From contig JAFDWG010000315.1 of NCBI GenBank assembly GCA_018268605.1, positions 2,127-66,126 on the forward strand: 64,000 nt of DNA, read 5' to 3'. The notes below the pieces were generated by a model. That model did no database searches. It was not told where the DNA came from and saw nothing but the letters and a program-made list of their open reading frames with translations. This DNA comes from Actinomycetota bacterium (GTDB taxonomy: Bacteria > Actinomycetota > Thermoleophilia > Solirubrobacterales > 70-9). A program made the translations under genes and the position numbers. Position 1 is the first letter of the stretch. Each line of letters begins with the position of its first letter. Shown in pieces: positions 26,475 to 35,447 of this stretch.

Positions 26475-27595
26475 CCACGACCGTGATGCTGAGTGCCGAA
26501 CAGGACGAGATTCGCTCGGTCGCGCGGAGCTTCCTCACCGCGCGCTACCCCTCGGATCGGATCCGCGAGCTGATGGCGACCCCGGCCGGTTTCGAGGAGT
26601 CCTCCTGGCGCGAGATCGCCGAGCTTGGCTGGGCCGGGATCGCCTTCGACGAAGACCAGGGCGGCGCCGGCTACACGGTGGTCGAGCGCTGCCTGCTGAT
26701 GGAGGAGATGGGCCGGGCCCTCTGCCCCGCGCCCTACCTCTCCTCCGGCGTGCTCGCCGCCGATGCGGTGGCCCTCGCCGGCGACACCGCGGCCGGCCGC
26801 GAGGTCCTCGCGGGCATCGTCGACGGCTCGGTCCGCGGCACGCTGGTCGCCGCCGGCGACCTCTGCAGCAACCTCTCGCCGGCGGGCGAGATGGTCGTCA
26901 GGGCGACCGGCCACTCCTTCGAGCTGATCGGCTGCGGCGGCCTCACCCTTGACGGCCACACCGCCCAGCTGCTGGTCGTGGCGGCGGCCACGGACGGTGG
27001 CGAGATCGGCCTCTTCGCGGTCGACCCCGACGCCGCCGGGGTCACCCGCACGCCCGCGCCGACGGTCGACGAGACGCGCAAGACCGCGGTTATCGAGCTC
27101 GCCGGTGCCCCTGCGCGCCGGCTCGATTCCGGCGACGGGACCGCGGCGGCGCTGACCGCGGCGCTTCACCGTGGCACCGTCTCGATCGCAGCGGAGATGG
27201 TCGGCGGCGCCCGCCGGGCGATCGAGATGACCGTCTCCTACATGCACGAGCGCGAACAGTTCGGCGGCCCGATCGGTCGTTTCCAGGCCTTGAAGCACCG
27301 GCTCGCCGACCTCCACGTGCGGATTGACGCCGCCCGCGAGGGCGTGTACGCAGCCGCCGACGCGATCGCCGACGATCGCACCGACCACATCCCCGCGATG
27401 GTCGCCGCGGCCAAGTACTCGGCCTCGATCGGCTACGTGCTGACGACCGCCGAAGCGGTCCAGCTGCACGGCGGCATCGGCTTTACCGAGGAGCACGACG
27501 TCGGGCTCTATTACAAGCGGGCCCTGGTCAGCGCCGAGACGCTGGGCAACGCCGCGGATCAGGCGGAGCGCGTCGCGGTGACGCTCGATGTCTGA
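26471..27595 (+). CDS. Acyl-CoA dehydrogenase (second, shorter paralogue)
   Basis: ACAD C-terminal pattern YMHEREQFGGPIGRFQALKHRLADL...QLHGGIGFTEEHDVGLYYKR. ATGA overlap with the upstream gene. Confidence 0.9.
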   Translation: MTTTVMLSAEQDEIRSVARSFLTARYPSDRIRELMATPAGFEESSWREIAELGWAGIAFDEDQGGAGYTVVERCLLMEEMGRALCPAPYLSSGVLAADAVALAGDTAAGREVLAGIVDGSVRGTLVAAGDLCSNLSPAGEMVVRATGHSFELIGCGGLTLDGHTAQLLVVAAATDGGEIGLFAVDPDAAGVTRTPAPTVDETRKTAVIELAGAPARRLDSGDGTAAALTAALHRGTVSIAAEMVGGARRAIEMTVSYMHEREQFGGPIGRFQALKHRLADLHVRIDAAREGVYAAADAIADDRTDHIPAMVAAAKYSASIGYVLTTAEAVQLHGGIGFTEEHDVGLYYKRALVSAETLGNAADQAERVAVTLDV

Positions 27596-28079
27596 GCCCG
27601 GCGCGATGCCGGAGCCCGATTCGACCGGCCGACTGTACTTCGACGACATGCAGGTCGGCCGCAAATGGGTCTCGCCGCGGCGGACGATCGGCGAAGCCGA
27701 CGTCGCCGCCTTCGCCGGCGTCTCCGGGGATTTCAACCCGCTCCACGTCGACGAGGTTTTCGCCGCCGACGGCGCCTTCGGCGAGCGCCTGGTCCATGGG
27801 GCGCTGGTCTTCTCGATCGCCAGCGGTCTGCGCCAGCAGATGCCGATCTTCCGCGGCTCGCTGCGGGCTCTGCTCGAACTGCGCTCGTGGAAGTTCCTCC
27901 GCCCGGTCTTCTTCGGCGACACAGTCGTCGCCGTGACCACGGTGACCGAGGCGCGCCCGACCTCGAGGTCCGAGCAGGGCATCGTCGTGCAGCGGGTCGA
28001 CGTGATCAACCAGGACGGCGTCACCGTGCAGTCGGGCGAGATGGTCTCGATGATGAAGACGAAGCGGGGAGCGGACTGA
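27588..28079 (+). CDS. MaoC-like (R)-specific enoyl-CoA hydratase (hot-dog fold)
   Basis: FAGVSGDFNPLHVD...HGALVFSIASGL. Confidence 0.85.
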   Translation: MSEPGAMPEPDSTGRLYFDDMQVGRKWVSPRRTIGEADVAAFAGVSGDFNPLHVDEVFAADGAFGERLVHGALVFSIASGLRQQMPIFRGSLRALLELRSWKFLRPVFFGDTVVAVTTVTEARPTSRSEQGIVVQRVDVINQDGVTVQSGEMVSMMKTKRGAD

Positions 28080-29272
28080 TGGCGATCCCGGTCGTGATCG
28101 ATGCGGTGCGTACTCCGATGGGCCGCTACGGCGGCTCCCTGGCGGGCATCCGTCCCGATGACCTCGCGGCGGCGGCGCTGAGCGCGCTGGTCGAGCGCAC
28201 CGGGGTCGACCCGGCTGAGCTGGACGACGTCTATCTCGGCAACGGCAACCAGGCGGGCGAGGAAAATCGCAACGTCGCGCGGATGTCGTCGCTGCTCGCC
28301 GGATTCCCGGTGGAGCTTCCTGGAGCGACCGTGAACCGGCTCTGCGGCAGCGGTATGGAGGCCATCGCCGCCGCGGGGCGGGCGATTCGGGCCGATGAGG
28401 GTGCTGCTTACCTGGCGGGGGGAGTGGAGTCGATGACCCGCGCCCCCTACGTGATGGCGAAGGCCCACCGCGCGTTCTCGCGCGGTCCCGAGACGCTCGA
28501 GGACACGGCGCTCGGCTGGCGATTCGTCAATCCGAGGCTGGCCGAGATGGGGCACACGGACTCGCTCGGGCAGACGGCCGAGAACGTTGCCCGCGAGGCC
28601 GGCATCAGCCGAGAGGAGCAGGACCGCTTCGCCCTGCGCAGCCATCGCAACGCGGTGCGGGCAGCGGCGGAAGGCTTCGGCGATTGGGTGCTTCCGGTTA
28701 CTGGCCCGGACGGCGAGGTTTCCGCTGACGACGGCCCGCGGGCCGACACCTCGCTCGAGCGACTCGCGGCGCTGCGCCCCGCCTTCGCCGCCGATGGCTC
28801 GGTCACTGCCGGGAACTCGAGTCCTTTGTCGGATGGTGCGGCAGCGCTCCTGATCGTCTCTGAGGAATTCGCGAAGGAGCGCGGGCTCCTCCCGCGGGCG
28901 CGACTCCTGGGTGCCGCCTCGGCGGGCGTCGCCCCGCGGCTTATGGGTCTCGGGCCACTGCCCGCGACCGCAAAGCTCTGCCGCCGCCTCGGCGTCGGCG
29001 TCGAGGATTTCGATCAGATCCAGCTGAACGAGGCCTTCGCCTCGCAGTCGGTCGCGGTCGTCCGCGGGTGGGGGATCGATCCCGAGGATCCGACGGTCAA
29101 CCCCGACGGCGGTGCGATCGCGCTCGGTCATCCGATCGGCTGCTCGGGCGCCCGGCTCGTCGGCGAGGTCGTACGCGGCCTCGAGAAGCGCGACGGCAGG
29201 CTCGGCCTGGCGACGATGTGCATCGGCGTGGGCCAGGGGATCTCGGTCGCGCTCGAACGGGCGGACGCCTGA
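28079..29272 (+). CDS. Acetyl-CoA C-acyltransferase (canonical degradative thiolase)
   Basis: ORF 27665..29272 trimmed to the ATG at 28079. Cys nucleophile NRLCGSGMEAI. C-terminal GGAIALGHPIGCSGARL and MCIGVGQG. Confidence 0.9.
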   Translation: MAIPVVIDAVRTPMGRYGGSLAGIRPDDLAAAALSALVERTGVDPAELDDVYLGNGNQAGEENRNVARMSSLLAGFPVELPGATVNRLCGSGMEAIAAAGRAIRADEGAAYLAGGVESMTRAPYVMAKAHRAFSRGPETLEDTALGWRFVNPRLAEMGHTDSLGQTAENVAREAGISREEQDRFALRSHRNAVRAAAEGFGDWVLPVTGPDGEVSADDGPRADTSLERLAALRPAFAADGSVTAGNSSPLSDGAAALLIVSEEFAKERGLLPRARLLGAASAGVAPRLMGLGPLPATAKLCRRLGVGVEDFDQIQLNEAFASQSVAVVRGWGIDPEDPTVNPDGGAIALGHPIGCSGARLVGEVVRGLEKRDGRLGLATMCIGVGQGISVALERADA

Positions 29273-29643
29273 TGGCGGTGCCGCTGATCGTCTCGCAACC
29301 CACGGCCGAGCTCGACTCCGTCACCGAGGTTCTCACCGCGGCCTTCGCCGATGTCAAGGCGGCGGTCCTGGTGGAGCGGCCAGTAGTCGTCCTGATCCAT
29401 GACGGCGACTTACTCGGCCAGGGTGAGGTCGTCGCAGCGAGCGTTGCCGCCGGCCTCCTCGGCCTGGTTCGGGCCCTCGCCTTGGAGGGCGCGAAAGCCG
29501 GGTGGCGTGTGAACGCCGTAAGCCATCGCGGCGACGAGGACGCCCGCTCCGCACGCGACATCGCCGAGTGGCTCGCGGGCTCCGACCTCAGCGGCCAGCT
29601 GATCCGCGTCGGTACCGCGCATCTTGGGAAGGTTTGGCCGTGA
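29272..29643 (+). CDS. 123-aa SDR-like protein lacking the Rossmann N-terminus and YxxxK (possible non-catalytic partner)
   Basis: ORF 29068..29643 trimmed to the ATG at 29272, which overlaps the thiolase stop. AASVAAGLLGLVRALALEGAKAGWRVNAVSH...DIAEWLAGSDLSGQLIRVG mirrors the C-terminal half of an SDR. Confidence 0.55.
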   Translation: MAVPLIVSQPTAELDSVTEVLTAAFADVKAAVLVERPVVVLIHDGDLLGQGEVVAASVAAGLLGLVRALALEGAKAGWRVNAVSHRGDEDARSARDIAEWLAGSDLSGQLIRVGTAHLGKVWP

Positions 29644-30362
29644 GCGGGCAGGCGATCGTCACCGGTGCGGCGGGCGGCCTCGGAAGGCAGATCGCCGCCC
29701 GGCTAGGCGAAGCCGGCCATCGATTGCTGCTCGTCGATCTCGACCAGGCGGTGGCGGAGACCGCTTGCGAGCTGCAGAACACCGGCGCGAGCGCCGGTGC
29801 GGTGGTTGCCGACCTGACCCACGACGACGGGGCGGCAGCGGTCGCCACCGCGGTGCGCGAGCAGGGCGGTTCAATCGCGGTCCTCGTCAACAACGCCGGG
29901 ATCACGCGCGACGCGCGGGTGAAGAACATGGAGGAGGCCGACTTCGCCGCGGTGATCGCCGTCAACCTGGTCGCCGCGATGCGCCTCACCCTGGCACTCG
30001 AGCCGCTCTTCGCAGATGGCGGCGCCATCGTCAACATGAGTTCTCGCGCTTCTCTCGGAAACTTCGGCCAGGCCAACTACGTGACGTCGAAGTCCGGCCT
30101 CGTCGGCTTCACCAGGGCCCTGGCCCTGCGTTGGGCGCCGCGGATCCGGGTCAATGCGGTGGCCCCGAGCCTGGTCGACACGCCGATGACCCAGGCGATG
30201 CCGCCGGAGGTACTGGAGAAGCTCGTCGCCCGGATCCCCGCGGGGCGCATAGGTACGCCCGAGGACGTCGCCGAGCTGGTCAGCTTCCTATCTTCGCCTG
30301 AGGCCGGCTACGTCACCGGCCAGGTGGTGCTTGCCTGCGGCGGACGCAGCCTGGCGGCTTGA
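29640..30362 (+). CDS. 3-oxoacyl/3-hydroxyacyl reductase (FabG-like SDR)
   Basis: GTG at 29640 (GTGA overlap). AIVTGAAGGLG...NNAGI...SSRASLGNFGQANYVTSKSGLVGFTRALA. Confidence 0.9.
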   Translation: MSGQAIVTGAAGGLGRQIAARLGEAGHRLLLVDLDQAVAETACELQNTGASAGAVVADLTHDDGAAAVATAVREQGGSIAVLVNNAGITRDARVKNMEEADFAAVIAVNLVAAMRLTLALEPLFADGGAIVNMSSRASLGNFGQANYVTSKSGLVGFTRALALRWAPRIRVNAVAPSLVDTPMTQAMPPEVLEKLVARIPAGRIGTPEDVAELVSFLSSPEAGYVTGQVVLACGGRSLAA

Positions 30363-30405
30363 ACGCAGGGCGATGTCGGGCTACGGCACTGTGAGGACTG
30401 AACCT

Positions 30406-30423
30406 TCCAAACGGTTGTGCAGG
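30406..30423. promoter_or_regulatory. Operator-like box G (upstream of the TetR gene)
   Basis: TCCAAACGGTTGTGCAGG followed by TAGACT (30424-30429). Confidence 0.4.
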
Positions 30424-30534
30424 TAGACTGTTGGGGGCGCGGATCCCGCTGACGGCTCGAGTACAGTCGAAGGAGGGCTTGGCGGCGTAGTCGGAGAGCA
30501 GGTCCCAATTTCGGAAGGGCGCGTAGAGACACTC

Positions 30535-31200
30535 ATGGCAACCAGGGTCCAGTCAGGTAAAGCGGCTGCCGGAGGGCGTCGTAACCGCGCCGACGAGGTC
30601 TTGCGCGCGGCGGTGGAGATCTTCCATGACAAAGGCTACGCGGCGGCTTCGATCCAGGACGTCGCCGATCGGGTCGGCGTGCTGAAGGGCAGCCTCTACC
30701 ACTACATAGACTCGAAGGAAGAGCTGTTGGCACGGATCTTCGAGCAGTCCGACCGCGAATCCTTTGCCCTGATTGAGGAAATGGAGGCCCTCGACGTCGA
30801 CGCGCTTCAGCGCCTACGTGAATTCTCGCGCCTTTGGTCGCTCTGGTACCTGCGCAATGTGGAGCGAGCGAGCCTTTACTTCAACGAGTGGAAGCATCTG
30901 ACCGGGGACCGCCTCGCCGGCGTGACCGCACAGCGCCACGAGTACGAGAAACGGATCGCGAAGATGATCGACGACTGTAAGCGTGAGGGGACCGCCGACA
31001 AAGGTCTCGACACGCGCTATGCGTGCTTCTTCCTGCTGTCGGCGATCAACGGGCTTCCTGTCTGGTATCGACCGCGCGGCGCCGACCCCGCTGAACACAT
31101 TGCCAACGTGTACGCCGACATGATCGTCGCAATGGTCCAGCACACCAAGGGCCGCAAACGGCCGAGCAAGGCGAAGGCTCGCGCCCGAAAAAAGTCGTAG
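30535..31200 (+). CDS. TetR/AcrR-family transcriptional regulator
   Basis: N-terminal HTH EVLRAAVEIFHDKGYAAASIQDVADRVGVLKGSLYHYIDSKEELL. Confidence 0.9.
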   Translation: MATRVQSGKAAAGGRRNRADEVLRAAVEIFHDKGYAAASIQDVADRVGVLKGSLYHYIDSKEELLARIFEQSDRESFALIEEMEALDVDALQRLREFSRLWSLWYLRNVERASLYFNEWKHLTGDRLAGVTAQRHEYEKRIAKMIDDCKREGTADKGLDTRYACFFLLSAINGLPVWYRPRGADPAEHIANVYADMIVAMVQHTKGRKRPSKAKARARKKS

Positions 31201-31219
31201 CGCCTGACGTCCATCCGCG

Positions 31220-32707
31220 TCAGGCGGGTGTCTCGTCCTCAGAGTTCCCGCGTCGCAGCTCGATTGAGAATCCCGGCTGGAAAATCGAGACGGCGCGGCT
31301 ATCGCGTCGGTCGGCGACGAGCCGACGGACGTTCTCGACGATCTCTGAGGCCGACGTGCGCGGGTCGCGCGGGACGGGACCGGCGGCGATCATGGCGTCG
31401 ACCTCGTCCTCGGAGTAGAGCGCCCGCAGCAGCAGCTCCTCGTCGCGAATCGACTTGCCGAACTTTTTCCGCAGGTCGGCGAGGGACGGCTGCGGCTGCT
31501 CCCAGCCCTCGAACTTGGCCGCGTTCGGGCTGGCCAGGATGCGGTCTTTGACATCCGGCTCGACATCGCGGGCAAGTGGCCCATAGTGGCCGAGCGTGTA
31601 CTGGATCACCTCGTCGGGGATCACCTTGTAGCGCTCACCGCTGACGATGTTCAGGAGCGCCTGGATGCCGACGAACTGCGAGAACGGCGTCGCCATGATT
31701 GGCTCGCCAAGATCGCGGCGGACGGCCGGGATCTCTTCGAGCACCGCGGTCAGCTGGTCCTCCATGCCATGGTCGGCGAGGTTCTTTTTCAGGCTGCCGG
31801 TCATCCCGCCCGGGAGTTGGTGCTCGTAGGGAAGGAGGCTGAACTCGTTCGGGACCCCGAGCTCATATTCGGCTCCATGGGTGAGCGCCGCCCTTTCGAA
31901 ATGTGCGGCGACCGGAGGGAGTTGAGACTCATCGAGGTCGTGTTCGTGGCCGAGGACGCGGAGGCTCGCCAGCATCGCCTCGGTCGAAGGCAGGGATGGG
32001 CCGTTGGCCATCGGCAAGGAGCAGGTGTGGAGGATGTCGATCCCGGCCTTCAGACCCTCGAGGTACACCAGCTGGGCGAGCCCGGTGGTCGCATGGCAGT
32101 GCAACTCGAGCGGCGTCTTCGGCGTGGCTTTCTGGAGCGCGGGCAGCAAGGTCGCCGCTCGTTCGGGGGTGAGCACACCAGGAGCATCCTCGACGTAGAT
32201 GGAGGGGATGTCCCACGAGTCGATCTCGGCGGCCCGGGCGGCGAACCACTCGTCGGTATGCACATCGGTAAGCCCGTACATCACCGCTGGAGCCGGGTCG
32301 GCGCCCGCTTCCTTGACCACGTCGACGACCCGTTTGAACTTCGGCATGTCGAAGAGGCAATCGAAGATCCAGAAGCTGCCGATACCGTGCTTCGCCATCG
32401 TGTTGACCCAGAGGTCGACCACCGAGTCTGGGGTGAAGCCCATGCCACCCACCGAGATCGTCCGCGTAGCGGCGCGCAGTTTGTTGTTCGGCAGACCGGC
32501 AACCAACAGGTCGGTGCTTTCCCACGGATCGTCCTTGAAGGTCCGAAGGAGGACGGTGAACATGCCCGCACCGGTCAGGTCGATGACCCGGAACCCGGTT
32601 GCATCAAGGTGGGGCAGGGCTTCGAGTGCTTCGAAGGCTCGTAACCGCAGGCCCCAGAGGCTCTGCTGGCCATCGCGCAGCGTCTGATCAACAAATTCGA
32701 CCTTCAT
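31220..32707 (-). CDS. HMGL-type carboxyltransferase (oxaloacetate-decarboxylase alpha / PycB-like), no biotinyl domain
   Basis: MKVEFVDQTLRDGQQSLWG...ELHCHATTGLAQ... 495 aa, with a C-terminus lacking any xMKM motif. Confidence 0.85.
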   Translation of the reverse strand: MKVEFVDQTLRDGQQSLWGLRLRAFEALEALPHLDATGFRVIDLTGAGMFTVLLRTFKDDPWESTDLLVAGLPNNKLRAATRTISVGGMGFTPDSVVDLWVNTMAKHGIGSFWIFDCLFDMPKFKRVVDVVKEAGADPAPAVMYGLTDVHTDEWFAARAAEIDSWDIPSIYVEDAPGVLTPERAATLLPALQKATPKTPLELHCHATTGLAQLVYLEGLKAGIDILHTCSLPMANGPSLPSTEAMLASLRVLGHEHDLDESQLPPVAAHFERAALTHGAEYELGVPNEFSLLPYEHQLPGGMTGSLKKNLADHGMEDQLTAVLEEIPAVRRDLGEPIMATPFSQFVGIQALLNIVSGERYKVIPDEVIQYTLGHYGPLARDVEPDVKDRILASPNAAKFEGWEQPQPSLADLRKKFGKSIRDEELLLRALYSEDEVDAMIAAGPVPRDPRTSASEIVENVRRLVADRRDSRAVSIFQPGFSIELRRGNSEDETPA

Positions 32708-32756
32708 CTCAGATTCTCTCCTCTCGGCTTCCCTGATCCGTCAGTCTAACGATTCA

Positions 32757-32776
32757 CAAACAAGCGGTCGGTTGGT
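32757..32776. promoter_or_regulatory. Operator-like box H
   Basis: CAAACAAGCGGTCGGTTGGT, in the divergent region between the carboxyltransferase (-) and hydrolase (+) genes. TAAAGT follows on the + strand, and TTAGACT on the - strand. Confidence 0.45.
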
Positions 32777-32799
32777 AAAGTCTCCACTGTCCAGGCTCG

Positions 32800-33750
32800 G
32801 TGTATCGGGCTGGTCTCTCCTCGCTGAGGCAGCGGGAGGTCCCACTTCCCCTCCTGCTGCCTCGGCACCCCTTGCCTTTGTCGTCGAAACGTCGAACTGC
32901 TCCCCTCTCCGACCTCACTCAGGGTGACAACGGAGTGCTGCGGGTGGCCGGATGTGACATCCGCTGGCTGGCATGGGGCGAGGCAGGGCCCTCGGCGGTG
33001 ATGGTCCACGGTGCTCGCGCGCATGCAGGGTGGTGGGCGGCCGTCGCTGCCGGGCTGGTCGAGGCCGGACACCGGGTCGTCGCCTTCGATCTCAGCGGGC
33101 ATGGCGACAGCGGTCGCCGATCCGAGTACTCCGCCGACCTGTGGGCAGACGAGCTGGCTGAGGTGATCGTCGAAGTGGCCGGCGGTTGCGCCACCGTGAT
33201 CGGTCACAGCATGGGCGGCTGGGTGACGATCGCCTGTGCCGCCCGCCGGCCTGAGCAGGTCCGTTCGGTCATCTTGCTCGATAGCGCCGTGCGGCGGCCG
33301 CGCGAAGGCGCCGAATGGGAGCCGCGGGGGATGCGGGAGCGCCCGCTGAAACCCTACCGGTCCCGCGAGGAAGCGGTGGAGTCGTTCCGCCTGGTGCCGC
33401 CCCAGCCGCTCCAGCCGGAAATACTTCGGCGCGTGGCCGAGACCTCGCTCCGTCCCGGGCAGGAAGGAAGTTGGGTGTGGAAGTTCGACCCGGCGATGGC
33501 GCAGACCTTCAGCGATGGGCTGATCGTCGAATATCTTCGCCGTGTGCGCCAACCCGTGCACCTTGTCTACGGGAGCGAGGATCCGCTCGTCTCGGCGACG
33601 ACGGGAGAGGACATCGGTGCACTCCTCGGCCGGGAGATCGTGGCGACGGAGATCTCAGGGGCCTACCATCACGCCCTCCTCGATCATCCACAGGAGGTGG
33701 CAGCGGCACTGCTCGCCACCGGCCTGCTCGAGCTTGCGGGGACTAGTTGA
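32800..33750 (+). CDS. Alpha/beta-fold hydrolase
   Basis: VMVHGARAHAGWW...AFDLSGHGDS...VIGHSMGGWV (nucleophile elbow)...AYHHALLDHP. The start is uncertain: GTG at 32800 or GTG at about 32934. Confidence 0.75.
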   Translation: MYRAGLSSLRQREVPLPLLLPRHPLPLSSKRRTAPLSDLTQGDNGVLRVAGCDIRWLAWGEAGPSAVMVHGARAHAGWWAAVAAGLVEAGHRVVAFDLSGHGDSGRRSEYSADLWADELAEVIVEVAGGCATVIGHSMGGWVTIACAARRPEQVRSVILLDSAVRRPREGAEWEPRGMRERPLKPYRSREEAVESFRLVPPQPLQPEILRRVAETSLRPGQEGSWVWKFDPAMAQTFSDGLIVEYLRRVRQPVHLVYGSEDPLVSATTGEDIGALLGREIVATEISGAYHHALLDHPQEVAAALLATGLLELAGTS

Positions 33751-34576
33751 TCAGGTTCTCACCGGCGTCGATCGGTAGCGTCGCCCCGGTGATGAAGCGG
33801 GCGTCGTCCGAGACAAGGAAGGCGACCGCGTTTGCGACGTCGCTCGCTTCCACCCAGGGCGTCGGCATCGGATTGAGGCCGGCCGCCACCTCGCGAATGT
33901 CGGCTTCGGTGGGTTTCTCCATGTCAGGGCAGAAGAGCTCGTAGACGGCGTCGTTGAGGAGCATCGGCGTGTTGACGGTCCCCGGATGGATCGTGTTGAC
34001 ACGGATCTTCTCTGGGCCGAGTTCCATGCCCAGGACCCGCATCAGTCCGACCAGGCCGTGCTTGGCTGACGTATACGCGGCGAGGTTGGCGTAGCCGTGA
34101 AGGCCGGCCACGGAGCTGGTCAGGACGAGCGCGCCTCCTTCGCCGTGGCGTCTGATCTCCGGCACGGCCACCTTGCACGTATTCCAGACGCCTTTCAGGT
34201 TGGTCTCGAGAACGTCGTCCCATTGCTCCTCGGTGATCTCGACGGCAGGGGCCCAGCTCGAGATACCTGCATTGGCGACGGCGATATCGAGTCGACCCAG
34301 CGCCGTCACACCGCGTTCGAGCGCGGCATGAAGCTGGTCGATCCGGCGGGTGTCGGCCGTTGCGGCGACGATTCGGCGGCCGGTTGCCTCGACCCGGCGG
34401 ACGGTCTCCTCCAGGTCCTCCTCCGTGGCGAGCGCGAACGGCACCGTCGCGATCTGTGCGCAGATGTCGACTGCGACGATGTCGGCCCCCTCCTCGGCCA
34501 GCCTCACCGCCTCCGCCCGACCCTGGCCACGGGCAGCACCGGTGATAAGCGCCACTTTTCCGTCGAGCTTCCCCAT
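33743..34576 (-). CDS. SDR of the carveol-dehydrogenase / mycofactocin-coupled subfamily
   Basis: ORF trimmed to the ATG at 34576. MGKLDGKVALITGAARGQGRAEAVRLAEEGADIVAVDIC...AAYTSAKHGLVGLMR. Confidence 0.85.
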   Translation of the reverse strand: MGKLDGKVALITGAARGQGRAEAVRLAEEGADIVAVDICAQIATVPFALATEEDLEETVRRVEATGRRIVAATADTRRIDQLHAALERGVTALGRLDIAVANAGISSWAPAVEITEEQWDDVLETNLKGVWNTCKVAVPEIRRHGEGGALVLTSSVAGLHGYANLAAYTSAKHGLVGLMRVLGMELGPEKIRVNTIHPGTVNTPMLLNDAVYELFCPDMEKPTEADIREVAAGLNPMPTPWVEASDVANAVAFLVSDDARFITGATLPIDAGENLIN

Positions 34577-34601
34577 CGGCTTCCCTTGCGCCTTCCTGCG
34601 T

Positions 34602-35447
34602 TCAGGCTCCGCCGGCCATCTGGCCGGTCTCCCGGGCGTCGGCGACCAATGGCGACTGCCCGGCCAGGCCGCCGTCGACTCGGACCACCTGGCCGGAGAT
34701 GTAGCGAGAGGCATCGGAGGCGAGGAAGGCGACCACCCGCGCCGTATCGGCCGGCCGGCCGACGTATGGGGTATCGGAGTGCCGCTCGTACTCGGCTGCC
34801 ACCGACTCGCCGGCGAGTAGGCTGGGAGGGGTGAGGACGAGACCCGGGGCCAGCGCGTTGCAGCGCACACCGTGCTTGCCCCACTGGGTCGAGACTGCGC
34901 GCGCCAATTGGTTTATTCCCGCCTTCGCGATGCCATAGACGGTCAGGTTAAGCTCGCCCATTTCCGCCGAGATCGAGGTCATCAGGACGATGCTGCCGCC
35001 GCCGGTCTCCACCATCGCCGGGATCGCATGTTTGCAGCACAGCATCGAGCCGAGCAGCATCGTCTCGGTGACGACGTGCCAGCTCTCGACCTTGAAGCGA
35101 CAGATCTCAGGGTCGCCGGGGTCGTAGAGGTGGGCGAGGTCGGCAGCGTTGCTGTGGAGGATGTCGAGGCGGCCGTAGGCATCGATCGCGGCGGCGACCA
35201 TCGTCATCACCTGCTCCTCCTCGCGGACGTCGACTCCGACCCCGATCGCCTCGCCACCGGCGGCGTTGATTTCCTCGGCGCGGCGTTCGGCGCCCGCCGC
35301 GTCGAGATCGGCGACGACGACGGAGGCGCCGAGCTCGGCGAGGAGATGCGCGGTGGCGCTGCCCTGGCCGGGCTTCTCCCACATCGCATCGCCGTGCGAA
35401 GAGGCACCGCCGGTGACGATCGCGACTTTGCCCTCGAGCGAGATCAC
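34602..35447 (-). CDS. Short-chain dehydrogenase/reductase
   Basis: GKVAIVTGGASS...LHSNAA...TVYGIAKAGINQLARAV...ISGQVVRVDGG. The GTG start overlaps the upstream stop. Confidence 0.85.
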   Translation of the reverse strand: MISLEGKVAIVTGGASSHGDAMWEKPGQGSATAHLLAELGASVVVADLDAAGAERRAEEINAAGGEAIGVGVDVREEEQVMTMVAAAIDAYGRLDILHSNAADLAHLYDPGDPEICRFKVESWHVVTETMLLGSMLCCKHAIPAMVETGGGSIVLMTSISAEMGELNLTVYGIAKAGINQLARAVSTQWGKHGVRCNALAPGLVLTPPSLLAGESVAAEYERHSDTPYVGRPADTARVVAFLASDASRYISGQVVRVDGGLAGQSPLVADARETGQMAGGA

